Notes: generated from the letters alone by a model not told the origin. A stretch of DNA of 64,000 bases from Eledone cirrhosa (GCA_964016885.1 OZ024742.1:11904001-11968000), one strand, 5' to 3'; shown: positions 24,266 through 38,306, counted from the first letter of the stretch. Made by a program: numbers and translations.

Positions 24266-25094
24266 CGTGTATAGAAGCGTGATGCTAATAAGACTATGTG
24301 TTTGTATCCCTGCGTTTGTGTTGTTCTTTCTTTAAATATGTTTAATCTCTTACGCGGCTTACCTGCAATTCGGACCTCGATGGCTACCCAGAATCTTGGA
24401 ACTCCTCACCCACGGATTACCCACAGATGTTGACAGAGCTCAAAACAATTACAGCACAGACAGAGCCAGTCCTTGTGGATCTCCAGAGAAACTTGTAAAA
24501 GGGTTGTCAAAGAGGATCTTAAGAAATTCCTCTAGAAAATATAGACTGAAAAATAACTTTGGAAATCGTATGACCAGTTTGAAGAATAATTTTAAGTAGG
24601 CCCCCACATATTGCTGATTTAACTGACCGGATTAATTTCTTCTTTCCAAAACAAGAATTATTATAAAATGCTGTTACCAGGTTAAAAACAAAATCGAAGA
24701 ATAATTTGTTCATATTTATTGATTTAAATAAAACCTGAACCACCACCACACAGATATATATAAACATATATTTATATACTTACACAACTTCCTACTCCCA
24801 TATATATATATATATATATATATACATACATACATACATACACACATATATATATAAATATATATATATGTATATATGTATGTATTAAATCAATAAGAAT
24901 ATGGAAATCTATATTCCTCGGTTGAAGTATGTTTTCTAAATGGTAGCTGCATTTTATAGTAATCAGTTTCTTCAGTGGAATTACAAATCCGATCACGTAC
25001 AGTCAACACTCAAGAGGAATTTATGACACTACTGGTGAAAAACACAAAATATTTATGGTGCTACCGTAAAAGATTTTATAACCGCATTGATTTA

Positions 25095-25097
<3 letters not shown>

Positions 25098-25141
<44 letters not shown>

Positions 25142-25200
25142 ATAAATATATATATATATGTATATTTATATATATATATGTATATATATATATGTACATT

Positions 25201-25248
<48 letters not shown>

Positions 25249-25297
25249 TATAAATGAAAGGTATAGAAAATATATATATACATATATGTATATATAT

Positions 25298-25340
<43 letters not shown>

Positions 25341-25558
25341 GTATATATATATCATATATATATAATATATAATATATATATAATATATATATATATAATA
25401 TATATAATATATATATAATATAATATAATATAATATAATATATATACATATATAGAGAGAGAAAGATAGAGAGATTGATATATATATATATACATACACA
25501 CACACATACCCACACATATATATATATCTTTAGAGAGAGAGGAGGAAAGAGAGAGAGA

Positions 25559-25598
<40 letters not shown>

Positions 25599-25608
25599 GT
25601 GGGAGAGA

Positions 25609-25682
<74 letters not shown>
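25098..25682. repeat. (TA)n/(GA)n compound microsatellite
   Basis: Seen directly. Confidence 0.95.
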
Positions 25683-25684
<2 letters not shown>

Positions 25685-26199
25685 TCATTTATATGCGTAT
25701 CGTATATTCATCCGTGTCTATATTCCCTTTATGGTTTCTCACTCCTTTGTGATATTAAGAAAATATATTTATACAACTCTTGCTGTTGGTTTATTTTTCA
25801 GCTTGTTTAAAATAATGATGAACATTTGAGGAACATTTCAATATATCGATTAAGTCGATATTTATTTTTTCAGGATTATATTTCCCTATTTTAATATCAG
25901 CATATTCATATTTTTTCTTATTTTTTCCTTATGTATAAAAATCCTAAAAAAGGAAAACTCATGCAAAGTCAATTTAAATTTATTGATAGAATTATATTAA
26001 ATGATTATCTAACTATAAATGACATCGATTTTTTTTTTAGAAGAGCGCATAAGGAATTATGTTGAGTTGAATATATTGCTAATATATATTGGTGGAATTG
26101 GTAAAATGTTTGACAAATATATGTGTGGTATTTTTTAAAGTTTTGTTACCTTCTGATTTCAAATAATTTCTGAGGACACAGTTCCGATACTATTGCTAT

Positions 26200-26945
26200 G
26201 TGGTTAGAATGATTTTACAGATTTTACGGGCAAAACCAACCAGCAGGAAAACCAGGCGTAGACCCCGAGCAAGATGGTTGGATAACATCAATGAGTTTGG
26301 CCGATCTTGCTTGAGGATCAGTTGGATCAGTTGGAGATGGTTGCTTCTGACAGGACCCGTTGGAAGGAGTGTTTCAGGACTGCCAGGAATCGAATCTACA
26401 GCATTATGATCGTAAGACCAACATTCTAGACGCCTAAGCCACGTTTCTGGTTGAAAAAAATCTATATTACTGTCATACTATTTATATTTATTCTTTTATG
26501 ACTATTTATACTCTCTACCAGATACTTCGTCTCATTCATTCTCAGCCCCACACTCATCGACACAGTCTTAACCTCCTGCATCAACTCCTCTGCCTCCTTC
26601 ACTGTGTTTGTCACCAGAACTATGTCGTCAGCAAATTCAGCATCCGATATCTTTTTCGCTTTAACTCTCCTGCTCTGTACGGGAGCCTCCCAAAGGTCAG
26701 TTCGAGAGTAGCATAGAGGAGACTGGGATTAACTGGACATGCTCACGGACATCCAGAGTTGACACTGCACTCAGTGCTCCTGTGGGAGCCCCTGCATGGG
26801 CACACTGGAAGAGGGCGATCGAGGTTGACATATCTTGATGCCCTAAGGATAGACACTGGTCTGTTGGAGACGCAGGACATGGCAGCGATAATGAGGGACA
26901 GAGACCGCTGGAGAGAACTCGTCCATGGATCTCACCCTAGAGATA
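26200..26945. mobile_element. RTE-type LINE fragments (26200-26380 +, ~26500-26650 -, ~26690-26945 +)
   Basis: RRRPRARWLDNI; FADDIVL on the minus strand; LLWEPLHGHTGRGRSRLTYLDAL..DRDRWR. Confidence 0.7.
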
Positions 26946-26959
26946 ACTATTTATATATA

Positions 26960-27210
26960 GATAGGGTCAGGCGACATGCTTTGACGCAAAGAGTTACGGC
27001 CCTTTCCATTGTGGATTGGCAGTATCGGTAGAGGGTCGGACGCCATGCTTTGAAGCATAGAGTTGCGTCCCTTTATGATCTGAGTTCAAATCTCGCCGAG
27101 GTTAACTTTGCCTTTCATCCTTACGGGGTCGATAAAATAAAGTACCAGTAATACACGGGGTAATTGCTGGCCTTGTGCCAAAAGTAGAAACAATTATTAT
27201 TATTATTATT
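26960..27210 (+). mobile_element. SINE A copy with a duplicated head fragment
   Basis: Partial head at ~26960-27010, then a full copy ending in (ATT)n. Confidence 0.85.
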
Positions 27211-27748
27211 TATATATATATACTTTTATTACTATTTATATTACTATGTCAGGCTGCTACAGTAACGCAGCTTCAGTAGCTAGTCGAAGCAAGAGTAGGT
27301 AGGGAAACAACCATGACCATTTTCAGGGGCCTCCGTCATTAGTGAGAGGAAGGGGGTAATTTATCCTCAAAATGGCGACATGGAACAAATGTTAACAGGA
27401 ATGTTAACTTCGTCAAAATCCCCCATGGGCAGAGTGGTGTTGTTAAACTTTGTGATATATTAAGTTTACCAGTCATTTTAATTCAGAACTCAAAGATTTT
27501 GAACAAATACCAGCAAGAATCCTCTGACGTCATCTAACGCCGCCAAGCTGTCAGGTTAGCTGATCATTTTTTATCGCTACTGAAAAGCAAAGTTGACCTT
27601 TGCTGGATTTAAATTGAGAAGGCACGGATTCGCAATATAGTTTTATGTATTACGTATTACTCCGTGGTTTGCTCCTGGGGACATTAAAGGTGCAATATTT
27701 AACTGGCATTATACGAATTCTTCTAACTATACTACAAATAGTAATAAT

Positions 27749-27925
27749 TGTTTCTACTTTTGGCACAAGGCCAGCAATTATACCAGTGCATTACTGGTAC
27801 TTTATTTTATCGACCCCGTAAGGATGAAAGGCAAAATTAACCTCGGTGGGATTTGAACTCAGATCATAAAGGGAAGTAACACTATGCTTCAAAGCATGGC
27901 GCCCGACCCTCTACTGCCAATCCAC
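27749..27925 (-). mobile_element. SINE A copy with 22-bp TSD
   Basis: CTATACTACAAATAGTAATAAT at 27727-27748 and 27926-27947. Confidence 0.9.
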
Positions 27926-28591
27926 CTATACTACAAATAGTAATAATATCGGCATGGTTTAGATATGTTGTATCTCCGAGATAATTTTGATATTTGCTTA
28001 ACGGATACTTTCAATTTCACATTCTAACAGCCTTAAGAAAATATATAATCCATATGAATTTGTTAAACTAAGTCTAAAAAATCTCAAAGCTTACACTAAC
28101 GGAGAAATTTATGTTAGAACAATCAGACACCCGAATAAAATTTTACAACAGTGTTTGTGCTAAAATGTCTGGAAGGAATTCCTGGGAGAAATAATTTAGA
28201 AATATCTACCAATGATTTGGAAACATTTTCAAACTTTCAAACTAATCGTTATATCTATTTCTACCCTTGCCATAAATAAAAGATAATAGAGTATGGAACA
28301 ATACTTTTTTATGTTGCTTTTTGTTCTGAGTTCGTATCTCACGGAGATGAGTTTTCCTTTTAGATTTAAGAGGCGGATTAAATAAATGGCAGCTAAATTG
28401 TGTGGAGAGGAATGTAGCCGATTAGAACAACAACAGTAATTCGAGCTTTATAAATAAAACACTAAAAGTTGTATAATTCTATTCAGCACATATACAATCT
28501 GAGGAGTAATTATGTAGAGAGGAACCGACTATATTACGAAAGGTCTAATATAGTTTCATTTTAAAGAACATTAGATAGGTAGACGGACATA

Positions 28592-28592
28592 C

Positions 28593-28645
<53 letters not shown>

Positions 28646-31254
28646 CATTTCTTTATTAGCCACAAGGGCACAACAGAAGGGGACAAATACAAATGGGGAG
28701 TTTACATACAGGTATATGAAAATAAAACTATTAATAAAATAACAAATAACAATTGATATCCCCAATAGGGGGGAGGTATTACACAGGGGTTGTACACACC
28801 CCGAAATAATGTACAACCCTCATCTCCAGGAGCACCAAGAGTGAGTACTCCCTTCCTCTCTTCCTCTTTTTCCTCAACCTACAGGCTTATATAGAGAGAA
28901 GGCCCAACCACTCGGGCCTTCTTTGCCACATTCACCCACCTGTTATATAATTTGCTGGGATACAGCACCTGTCTCTCCATCATGATTCTTCTTCCAAAGT
29001 GATATTTGAATAAACGAATCAGTTGATCGCCGGAGAGAAAGGTGTCTGACCTCAGCCCTTTTAACCTCGTCCACCATATTATCTCTTTCATCATAGCCAT
29101 AAAACATAGGAAAACCGCCTCTCCCTCGTTTTTGAAGGAGGGTGGCGGTTTGATCATGACAATGGACTCGGTGGTCAACTGTATTGGTCCCACCCGCGAC
29201 AATAGTCGTTCTATATAGCCCCACAGGTCGGTACCGCCCGGGCAGTGTGCAAATGCGTGCGAGACGGTTTCCTCGTCGCGCACGCATCTCAGACAGATCT
29301 TTTTCGAAGGGTCCCTATCCGGGCGCCCGTGTCTGTAGAGCTTGTCTCGAACTGGTAGAGCTCCTCGGTAGAACTGCCAGGCCAGGGACTTTTGGAAGTT
29401 GTCCATTGGTCCCAAGCGGAAGGTCCTACCCAACAGACTGGCCAGTTCGTCCTCCACTACGCCTAAAGTTTCTCTGAGCGTGTCGTCGCACTTTCTGCGG
29501 ACAGACCCTCCATAGAATGTCGAAGTGGAGTCTCCACTGATCGCCGGGTCCGTTTGCCAGAGGACTGAGAGCGCCTGAGCACATTCGATGTGCCAGTCAC
29601 CCATTTTCCTCGGTCTTTGCTTGACCCAGGACTGCAGCTCGGTCAGCGAGACGAGTCGTGGGAAGGCTCGCCTCACGAACGGGGCCCACACTAGCTGTCT
29701 GGTGAGGAATACGTGGAGGTGCCGCAGCCTGAGCGCGTGTTTGCGCATCGTCAGCCACGGCACCCCCGGCCTCCGTTTGAAGGGCGTTGGCAGCAGATGG
29801 ATATTCTCACCAAAGGAGCCCGTTTCTTCCAAAGGAATTGGAAGAGCGCGCGCTCCATTTTTGTGAGCGTTTCGGCTGGACAAGGCACAACGGTCAAGCG
29901 GTAGTAGATGACAGATGCTATAAAAGTGTTCGCCACGTCCGCTCGACCTTTAAAAGATAGTTTGCACTCGGCCCACTTCTGGGTGAGCGCAAACACCTTG
30001 GCCGTCACCTCGTTCCAGTTCTCCTCGACCTGGAGGGCCAGACCAAACTAGACCCCGAGCAGCTTTATTGGTCCTTCCGTCCAGCGTCCGACGACGCCAT
30101 CGGAAGGCATCGGTTTGCCTGCCCACGTTCCGAGTTGCAAACCGACGTAATTTCCCGGTTCAGCTTCGATCCTGTGAACCTTTCGTATTCCTCCAGTAAG
30201 GTGCCGATGTCCCCGATTTGTGAGATGCTCGACACCATTACAGTGACATCGTCGGCGTAGGCCGACGCCGCTTTTCGCAGTCCCGGTTCCAAAGGGATGC
30301 CCTGCAATAGCTCCAACTTCTGCAATAGTGGCTCGAGAGTCAGTACGTACAGAAGGGAGGAGAGAGGGCATCCCTGTCGAATGGATCGCGTGATATGGAA
30401 CTGCTCCGAGAGGTAGCCATTCCCGTTGACCCTTGAGCAGATGTTGCTGCTGTGTATTGCCTCAATCCAGCCCCTGTACACTGGTCCGAAGGCTGCCGCC
30501 TCGAGTGCCGCATCCAGGTAACGATGGTCAACCCTATCGGAAGCCTTAGACTGATCCAAGTTGATCAGGGCCCCACCGAAGCCGGGTTTACACCCTAACC
30601 TCTCTATGATGTATCGCATGAGGTGGAGGTTGTCGTGTATGAACCTGGTCGGGATTGCGCATGTCTGCGCTTCTCCCACCAGCTTTTCGACGACAAGCGC
30701 CAGCCTCTTCGCCAACACCTTGTCCAAAATCTGTAACTCTGTGTTGAGCAGAGTTATGGGCCGGAAGTTGCCTATGTCATCCCCCTTATTCTCGTCCTTC
30801 CTGACTAACGTGATTACGTCCCCGGTCACAGAACTGGGAATTCGCCCGCTCTGCTGCCAGTTGCAGTAGACTGCTTCCAGGAGGCCGGAGAACAAGTCCG
30901 GCATTACTACGTAAATTTCGTAGGGTAGACCGTCGAGACCTGGAGATTTGTGTTTGCCGCATTGGCTCAGCGCGTCCCCTATCTCAGCGGCCGAAATTGG
31001 CCTTTCGCAGGACTTCGCCTCGCTGTCCGAGAGTGGCGGTAGGCCGTCGAGGTATAGACCGAAATCCATAGCCCCTCCCGGCGCGCCGCCCTGCCCGAAC
31101 AGTTTAGCAAAGTGCCGCTGAAAGGCCGCGCACATTTTCTTCGGCTCACGTATCACGCGTCCGTCTTGGTCCTTCAAAGACCGAATCGTGGACTTGTTGC
31201 CACTTTTCGCCTCCGTCACTCGGGCCTAGTTAATAGCTTTGGCTCTCTCGTTTC

Positions 31255-31257
<3 letters not shown>
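28592..31257 (-). mobile_element. 5'-truncated L1/Tx1 LINE, sibling subfamily of 8943-14596
   Basis: RT frame 30065-31219 (KSPGLDGLPYE, RQGCPLS, AYADDVTV) and C-terminal 28879-29883 (CLRC..ETVSHAFAHC). AATAAA then (TATC)n at the 3' end; 5' end abuts (TA)n. Confidence 0.93.
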
Positions 31258-31349
<92 letters not shown>

Positions 31350-32071
31350 GAGAGAGAGAGATGTTGATTTTATCTTTCATTTTACATGAGTCGATTTACT
31401 CAACTATCTTTTCCTTTAAATTATGTAGCAGTGTGTCTATGTTTTGAATTGACAAACTCGTTAGATTACAGAATAAGACGGCTTGCAGTATTTACTGCAA
31501 CACGCTACACTCTCAATTCAAAAACAGCTTTGATGAAATTTGCCTTTCATTCATTTATGATCGATAAAATAAAGTACCAGTCAAGTATCCTTATCGATTT
31601 AATTGGGTAAATCCTCCACCCAACAAACGTGTGATCATGCAGTTCTGTCAGAAATTTAATAATAAGCACAATATACATCATCATCATCATGTTCCTGCAA
31701 CTGGTGCAGCCGGCGGCGGGGGGGGGGGGTATTTAGATACTTTTGGAGTCAGTTGTCACCCTTGGTCTCTATCCTCCTTCATGCGTAGGTCTGTCGCAGT
31801 GTTGTAACCAGTCCAGTCCAGCCATTGATGTTGTCGAACCAGGTGTGTTCAGGTAGAGAGAATACCTTGACAGCAGCCTCCTTAGGGACGAAGAGGTACA
31901 TTGGTTCTCACCTGACTCTCAAAATTAGCTCTGAAAATCTTTTCAGTCACACTCTGGAAACTGCTTCTGTTGTCAAGCTAAATTTAGTGAGGGACTTAAA
32001 GCTTCAAGAGCTGATGGACCCCGCCAAGGATTCTAAGGTCTACTGACAGGCCATAATAGACAAACAATATA

Positions 32072-32225
32072 TATAGTATAATTGAATATAAAAGAGGGAT
32101 AAACACAGATATATACATATGTGTTCAAATCGCAAGGGACCAGATATGCTAGGGTGAAAAAGATACTATGAACACATATATGTATATATCTGTGTTTATC
32201 TCTTTTTATATTCAGTTATACTATA
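32072..32225. repeat. ~55-bp inverted repeat with ~40-bp spacer
   Basis: TATAGTATAATTGAATATAAAAGAGGGATAAACACAGATATATACATATGTGTTCA and its near reverse complement. Confidence 0.8.
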
Positions 32226-32302
32226 CGTCTCGGAAAAATCTCTTTCCTTGAGCTATTTAATTGTAAGAGACTATTTTGAGTTTCTAACTCCATATATACC
32301 TT

Positions 32303-32384
<82 letters not shown>

Positions 32385-32510
32385 ACATATATTTAGTCTT
32401 CAAATTTATTATTATTACTATATATACATATATATAATTCAAGGAAACGACGGAACAAATGTGGAAAAAGTCTTATTATATTAGTTTCGAGCTTTTTATG
32501 GGAAAGAAAG

Positions 32511-32544
32511 TTCGACGTGTCGGGCTTTATCCCTTCTTCAGGAG
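32511..32544 (-). ncRNA. Degenerate minimal hammerhead motif
   Basis: CUC-CUGAAGA-A-GGG-AUAAAG-CCC-GAcA-C-GUC-GAa. One change in GAAA and one in stem I. Confidence 0.45.
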
Positions 32545-33261
32545 TACGAAACTAGAGACAGGATCACAAAGGATAGATACAGAAAAAAAATATATATATG
32601 TTCTTGTAAATCGTGGTGAAGTTGGCCATTCGCTAAGTAGAGACCGATAAAATGAATATTATAAGTATTGTTGTTGATACAACTGACTAAAACACCTGAA
32701 GGTGGTGATGCAACCCACCATAGCCATATTCTAATGACATAAACCTGTCAAACATAATATTGTGGAAAGAAACAGATCAAATATACTTCTGTCTTTATCC
32801 ACCGATTAACAATGTCTCATACATTGTCAAATAAAATCGTCTTCTCTCATGTTGGATCTAAACTTTCAATTGAACAATAGCAAAAACGAATGTTGACACC
32901 ATATTATAATATCCTGGATACTTTCATTAAAAGATAATTAGACTAATTTAAAATTCTTGCTGTCACACTTTACACATAGTTGTCTTTCTGCCTCAGTACT
33001 AACTTGTCTTTTACATAATTCTTTTTGTCTTATTCTTAGTTTTATTTTTTAATTCTTTTCTTATTTACTTTCTAATTTCTAACTAGAAAAAGGGGGTACT
33101 TTATCAACAAGGATTTTATTGTCGGGTTCTAATACTAATGTTACAGAGAAGATAATTATATTGTATTCTTGTGTATTAGAGCCTCTAATAACTTGTGCGT
33201 TCAAGGCTTTTTCCATCCACGTTATTAATGTGGTACTATTATATTTTCACAGCGTGTTGGT

Positions 33262-33329
<68 letters not shown>

Positions 33330-33437
33330 TGTGTGTGTGAGTGTGTGTGGGTGCATATGTACCTTCCTGTGTGTTTTTGTGTGCATATATGTGCGTTGTG
33401 TACGTAGATTTAAAGGCAATTTTGAAGTATTTATCTT

Positions 33438-33492
<55 letters not shown>

Positions 33493-33500
<8 letters not shown>

Positions 33501-33921
33501 TAAAAAAATAATGAATAAAACAATGAAACAGTTCCTTATATTAAACAAAAAAAGTTCATTATTTAACGATCGTTTCTAGGATATATATGTGTTAGAATTG
33601 GCATGCATATTCAACAGATCTATGTACAAAATTATACAAAATTATACAAACTATCAAAATTAAATATACATACCAACACATATATATGCTGTCTTCAGAA
33701 ATAATTAATTTATTTCTGAAGACAGCATATATATGTGTTGGTATGTATATTTAATTTTGATAGTTTGTATAATTTTGTATAATTTTGTACATAGATCTGT
33801 TGAATATGCATGCCAATTCTAACACATATATATCCTAGAAACGATCGTTAAATAATGAACTTTTTTTGTTTAATATAAGGAACTGTTTCATTGTTTTATT
33901 CATTATTTTTTTAATATTTTA
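33493..33921. repeat. Essentially perfect ~430-bp palindrome
   Basis: 33493-33704 is the reverse complement of 33710-33921, with a ~5-nt spacer. Starts at (TA)n. Confidence 0.92.
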
Positions 33922-34129
33922 TCTTGACTCTGTATTCCGTTTATCTTTCACCGAAAGTGATTTTTCATTGCATCTCTTCTTTCCATGATATCCGGATTAC
34001 ATTGAGTTCTTCATACGGATTGGACACTACTGTAAACTCTTGGTAGATTTATCTACATATATATATATATATATATACACATATAGTATATATATGTATA
34101 CATACATATATATATATGTTTATATATAT

Positions 34130-34160
<31 letters not shown>

Positions 34161-34802
34161 TATTTGTCATCAGCTTGCAGCATGTTTTAAAATAAAACCC
34201 ACCCAGGAAACATTAATAATATAAAGACATCAAGAAACCATTAAAATAAATATGCTTGATTATTTTTTCTTTGCCTTGTCACGTTTAATCCAGCAATTTT
34301 TCTTCACATCTTCATTTATTTATAGAATTTATTATCTTATTCCTTCCACACTCCGTTTTTAATCGTTCATTTTTTTTTAAATTGTTATCTTCATTTAAAT
34401 TCTGGAAGTGTTGTTTTTTTTCTATTATTTTTAAACTTCATTCGTGTCAATGTGCGCAGTATTTAGATTACCTTTAATCATGTAATGCACAGCAATTTTA
34501 CCTTTACATTTTCAATTTCGTCTTCTCTGAAATGTAATTTGTGTTATATCATTCTCGACTTCATTTTCAACTACTTTTACACAAGCTACACATATCTTCT
34601 CTCTCATACACACACACACATATATATACCCCCCCCCAAACACACACACATATATATACACACACACACACACACATATATATACCCCCCCCAAACACAC
34701 ACATATATATACCCCTCCCCAAACACACACACACATATATATACCCCCCCCAAACACACACACACATATATATACACACACACACACACATATGTGTGTA
34801 TG

Positions 34803-35020
34803 TGAAGGTGCGTGGCTGAGCGGTTAGAGAATTGGATTCGCAATCGTGAGGTTGTGAGTTCGATTCCCAGACCAGGTGATGCGTTATGTCCTTGAGCAAG
34901 ACACTTTATTTCACGTTGCTCCTTCTACCTGGAGTTGCAACCGATAGATAGTATTAACAATTGGAAAGATCAACGGAAACATTGTTTCCTCGTTCCGATT
35001 AGACGAAAGTCAATCGACTA
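34803..35020 (+). mobile_element. tRNA-derived SINE family B with CORE-like domain (also ~43956-44140 and ~48272-48470)
   Basis: A-box TGGCTGAGCGG, B-box GAGTTCGATTCC, then GTCCTTGAGCAAGACACTTTATTTCAC, which resembles the CORE-SINE domain. Confidence 0.78.
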
Positions 35021-35401
35021 TATATACATATATGTGTGTGTGTGTGTATAATAGAAATGACTACTACAGGACTAGAACTGTTTCATTCGTAAGGAATCAT
35101 CTATAACAAAATAAATGTGTGTGTGTTTGTGTGTGTGTGTCTTAATGGTTCGGCTATCTCTCGGATCGAACTCTGACTATACTGATTGCAATGTGAACTT
35201 CTTAATAGATCTGTCTCTGATCAAACCCAGACCTGAATGACTGTTAATCGAACGTCTTAACTTTTCGACTATATCTCATCGATAACCATCCAATAAGTGG
35301 CACAATATTATTATAGGTCATTAAATGTTTTATTTAAACAAGGAGTATGTATGACTTCTATAATAGAATGTGTTTTATTACAACCTTCTATATATCATTA
35401 T

Positions 35402-35777
35402 TTGGCAGTATCGGTAGAGGGTCGGCGCCATGCTTTGACGCAAAGAGTTACGGCCCTTTACGGACTGAGTTCAAATCCCGCCGAGGTTGACTTTGCCTTT
35501 CATCCTTACGGGGTCGATAAAATAAAGTACCAGTAATGCACTGGGTAATTGCTGGCCTTGTGCCAAACGTAGAAACAATTATTTTATTTTAAAGGCAGTA
35601 TCGGTAGAGGGTCGGACGCCATGCTTTGACGCATAGAGTTACGGCCCTTGCCCTTCTGAGTTCAAATCCCGCCAAGGTTAACTTTGCCTTTCATCCATAC
35701 GGGGTCGATAAAATAAAGTAGCAGTAATGCACTGGGTAATTGCTGGCCTTGTGCTAGAAGTAGAAACAATTATTATA
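35402..35777 (+). mobile_element. Tandem pair of SINE A copies
   Basis: 35402-35582 and 35594-35777 match the consensus. Confidence 0.88.
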
Positions 35778-35879
35778 TTTAAACTATATACAACGTTTGT
35801 TTGGATTCTTGTAACGAAGATGTTATGTGTTAAATATGTGGCATATAATAATTTTAGTCTACCTTAAACATATTTGTTG

Positions 35880-35916
<37 letters not shown>

Positions 35917-35939
35917 ATATATATATGTATATATATATG

Positions 35940-36003
<64 letters not shown>

Positions 36004-36004
36004 G

Positions 36005-36083
<79 letters not shown>

Positions 36084-36105
36084 CATGTATATATATATGT
36101 ATATA

Positions 36106-36148
<43 letters not shown>

Positions 36149-36258
36149 ATACACGGGTTGAACGACAGAGGGGGTATGACTTAATACACTTACAAATGTA
36201 TACTTATGTATATATATAAATATATATATAATTATATACGTGTGGATGTGTGTATATT

Positions 36259-36319
<61 letters not shown>

Positions 36320-36704
36320 ATATAAATATACACACACACATATATATATATATAGAAATAATTTTTTTAAAAAAGGAGAAAGATATAGAGAAGCAGAGAA
36401 AGTTATGAGATATTTTTAAAGTTCAGCGTGAATTCTGACATGACATGTTCAATATGTTCAGTGGTTCGCTAGTAAAGAAGCCACAGTGAAACTATAAAAG
36501 TCTAGAATACTCTGCTGTTTTATCTTAACCCTGTAAAGTGTTGTCTGGCTTCAGCATCAAATTGAAATTAAACTAAGCATCTGGATGATGCTTCATCTTT
36601 ACAACAGACGTAATTAAGTCTGTTGTGTTTTGTTTACACACAGAATCACATTCCTTTCCTTCACTATTAACATTTGTTATCTCTGCTGATTATGTTTATA
36701 TTGT

Positions 36705-37965
36705 TGTTAGTGGTGGTGGTGGGATTGGTGGTGATTGTCGTGGTGGTGATGGTGGTGGTCGTGGTGGTCGTGGTGTTGGTGGTGATCGTCGTGCTGGTGG
36801 TTGTGATGGTGGTGGTAGTGGTGGTGGTGGTGGTGAAGGTGGTGGTGATGGAGGTAGTGGTGGTGGTTGTGATGGTGGTGGTAGTGGTGGTGGTGGTGGT
36901 GAAGGTGGTGGTGATGGAGGTAGTGGTGGTGGTTGTGATGGTGGTGGTAGTGGTGGTGGTGGTGGTGAAGGTGGTGGTGGTGGTGGGATTGGTGGTGGTA
37001 GTGATGGTGGTGGCGTTGGTGGTGGTGGTTGTGGTGGTGATGATGGTGGTGGTGATGGTGGTGGTGGTAGTGGTGGCGGCGGTGGTGGTGGTGGTCGCAG
37101 CGTTGGTGGTGATGGTGGTGGTAGTGGTGGTGATGGTGGTGGTAGTGGTGGTGGTGGTGGTGTTGGTGGTGATCGTCGTGCTGGTGGTTGTGATGGTGGT
37201 GGTAGTGGTGGTGGTGGTGGTGAAGGTGGTGGTGATGGAGGTAGTGGTGGTGGTTGTGATGGTGGTGGTAGTGGTGGTGGTGGTGGTGAAGGTGGTGGTG
37301 ATGGAGGTAGTGGTGGTGGTTGTGATGGTGGTGGTAGTGGTGGTGGTGGTGGTGAAGGTGGTGGTGATGGAGGTAGTGGTGGTGGTTGTGATGGTGGTGG
37401 TAGTGGTGGTGGTTGTGGTGAAGGTGGTGGTGGTGGTGGGATTGGTGGTGGTAGTGATGGTGGTGGCGTTGGTGGTGGTGGTGGTGGTGATGATGGTGGT
37501 GGTGATGGTGGTGGTGGTAGTGGTGGCGGCGGTGGTGGTGGTGGTCGCAGCGTTGGTGGTGATGGTGGTGGTAGTGGTGGTGATGGTGGTGGTAGTGGTG
37601 GTGGTGGTGGTGTTGGTGGTCGTCGTGCTGGTGGTTGTGATGGTGGTGGTAGTGGTGGTGGTGGTGGTGAAGGCGGTGGTGATGGAGGTAGTGGTGGTGG
37701 TAGTGATGGTGGTGGCGTTGGTGGTGGTGGTGGTGGTGGTGGTGGTGGTGATGATGGTGGTGGTGATGGTGGTGGCGTTGGTGGTGGTGGTGGTTGTGGT
37801 GGTGATGGTGGTGGTGGTGGTGATGGTGGTGGTGGTTATCGTAGTGGTGGTGGTGGTGGTGGTAGTTGTAGTGGTGATAGTGGTGGTGGTGGTGGTGGTG
37901 GTGGTGGTGGTGGTGGTGGTGGTGGTGGTTGTTGTGGTAGTGGTGGTGGTGGTAGTGGTGGTGCG
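36705..37965. repeat. (GGT)n-derived array with higher-order ~60-bp and ~390-450-bp units
   Basis: Markers CGTCGTGCTGG, GAAGG..GATGGAGG and CGCAGCGTT recur at intervals. Confidence 0.93.
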
Positions 37966-38067
37966 GTATGTTGATGCTAACATTGTTAATTTTACCATTA
38001 GGGAGGACGGGATTTCGTTAGAAAAACACTACAGTGTTAGATAAAATGCTTTCAAATCACTTTGTTA

Positions 38068-38136
<69 letters not shown>

Positions 38137-38268
38137 GTGAGGTTTTTTTTACAAAATGAAAAATAACCGAGGTGTCCTACACGAGTGGAAGTATAAAGAA
38201 AAAGGGATGAAATCGAAAATGCAACTGAAGTCTTATTTTTTTTTTAAAATATATATATTTATTTGGTT

Positions 38269-38306
38269 CCTTTACCGGTTTCGCAGTTCTTCTGCTTTTC
38301 AAAAGG
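38269..38306 (-). ncRNA. Minimal type I hammerhead ribozyme with U3-A8 core in the 3' pseudo-LTR
   Basis: CCUU-UUGAAAA-GCAG-AAGAA-CUGC-GAAA-CCG-GUA-AAGG. Palindromic stem III ACCGGU, triplet GUA. Confidence 0.8.

Noticed and set aside
34803-34875. Possible tRNA gene
   Set aside because: It has A and B boxes but no complete cloverleaf and continues into a repeated SINE body.
36625-38044. Gly-, Val- and Thr-rich ORFs of 440-460 aa
   Set aside because: They are translations of a (GGT)n array open in several frames on both strands, with no unique domains or credible start.
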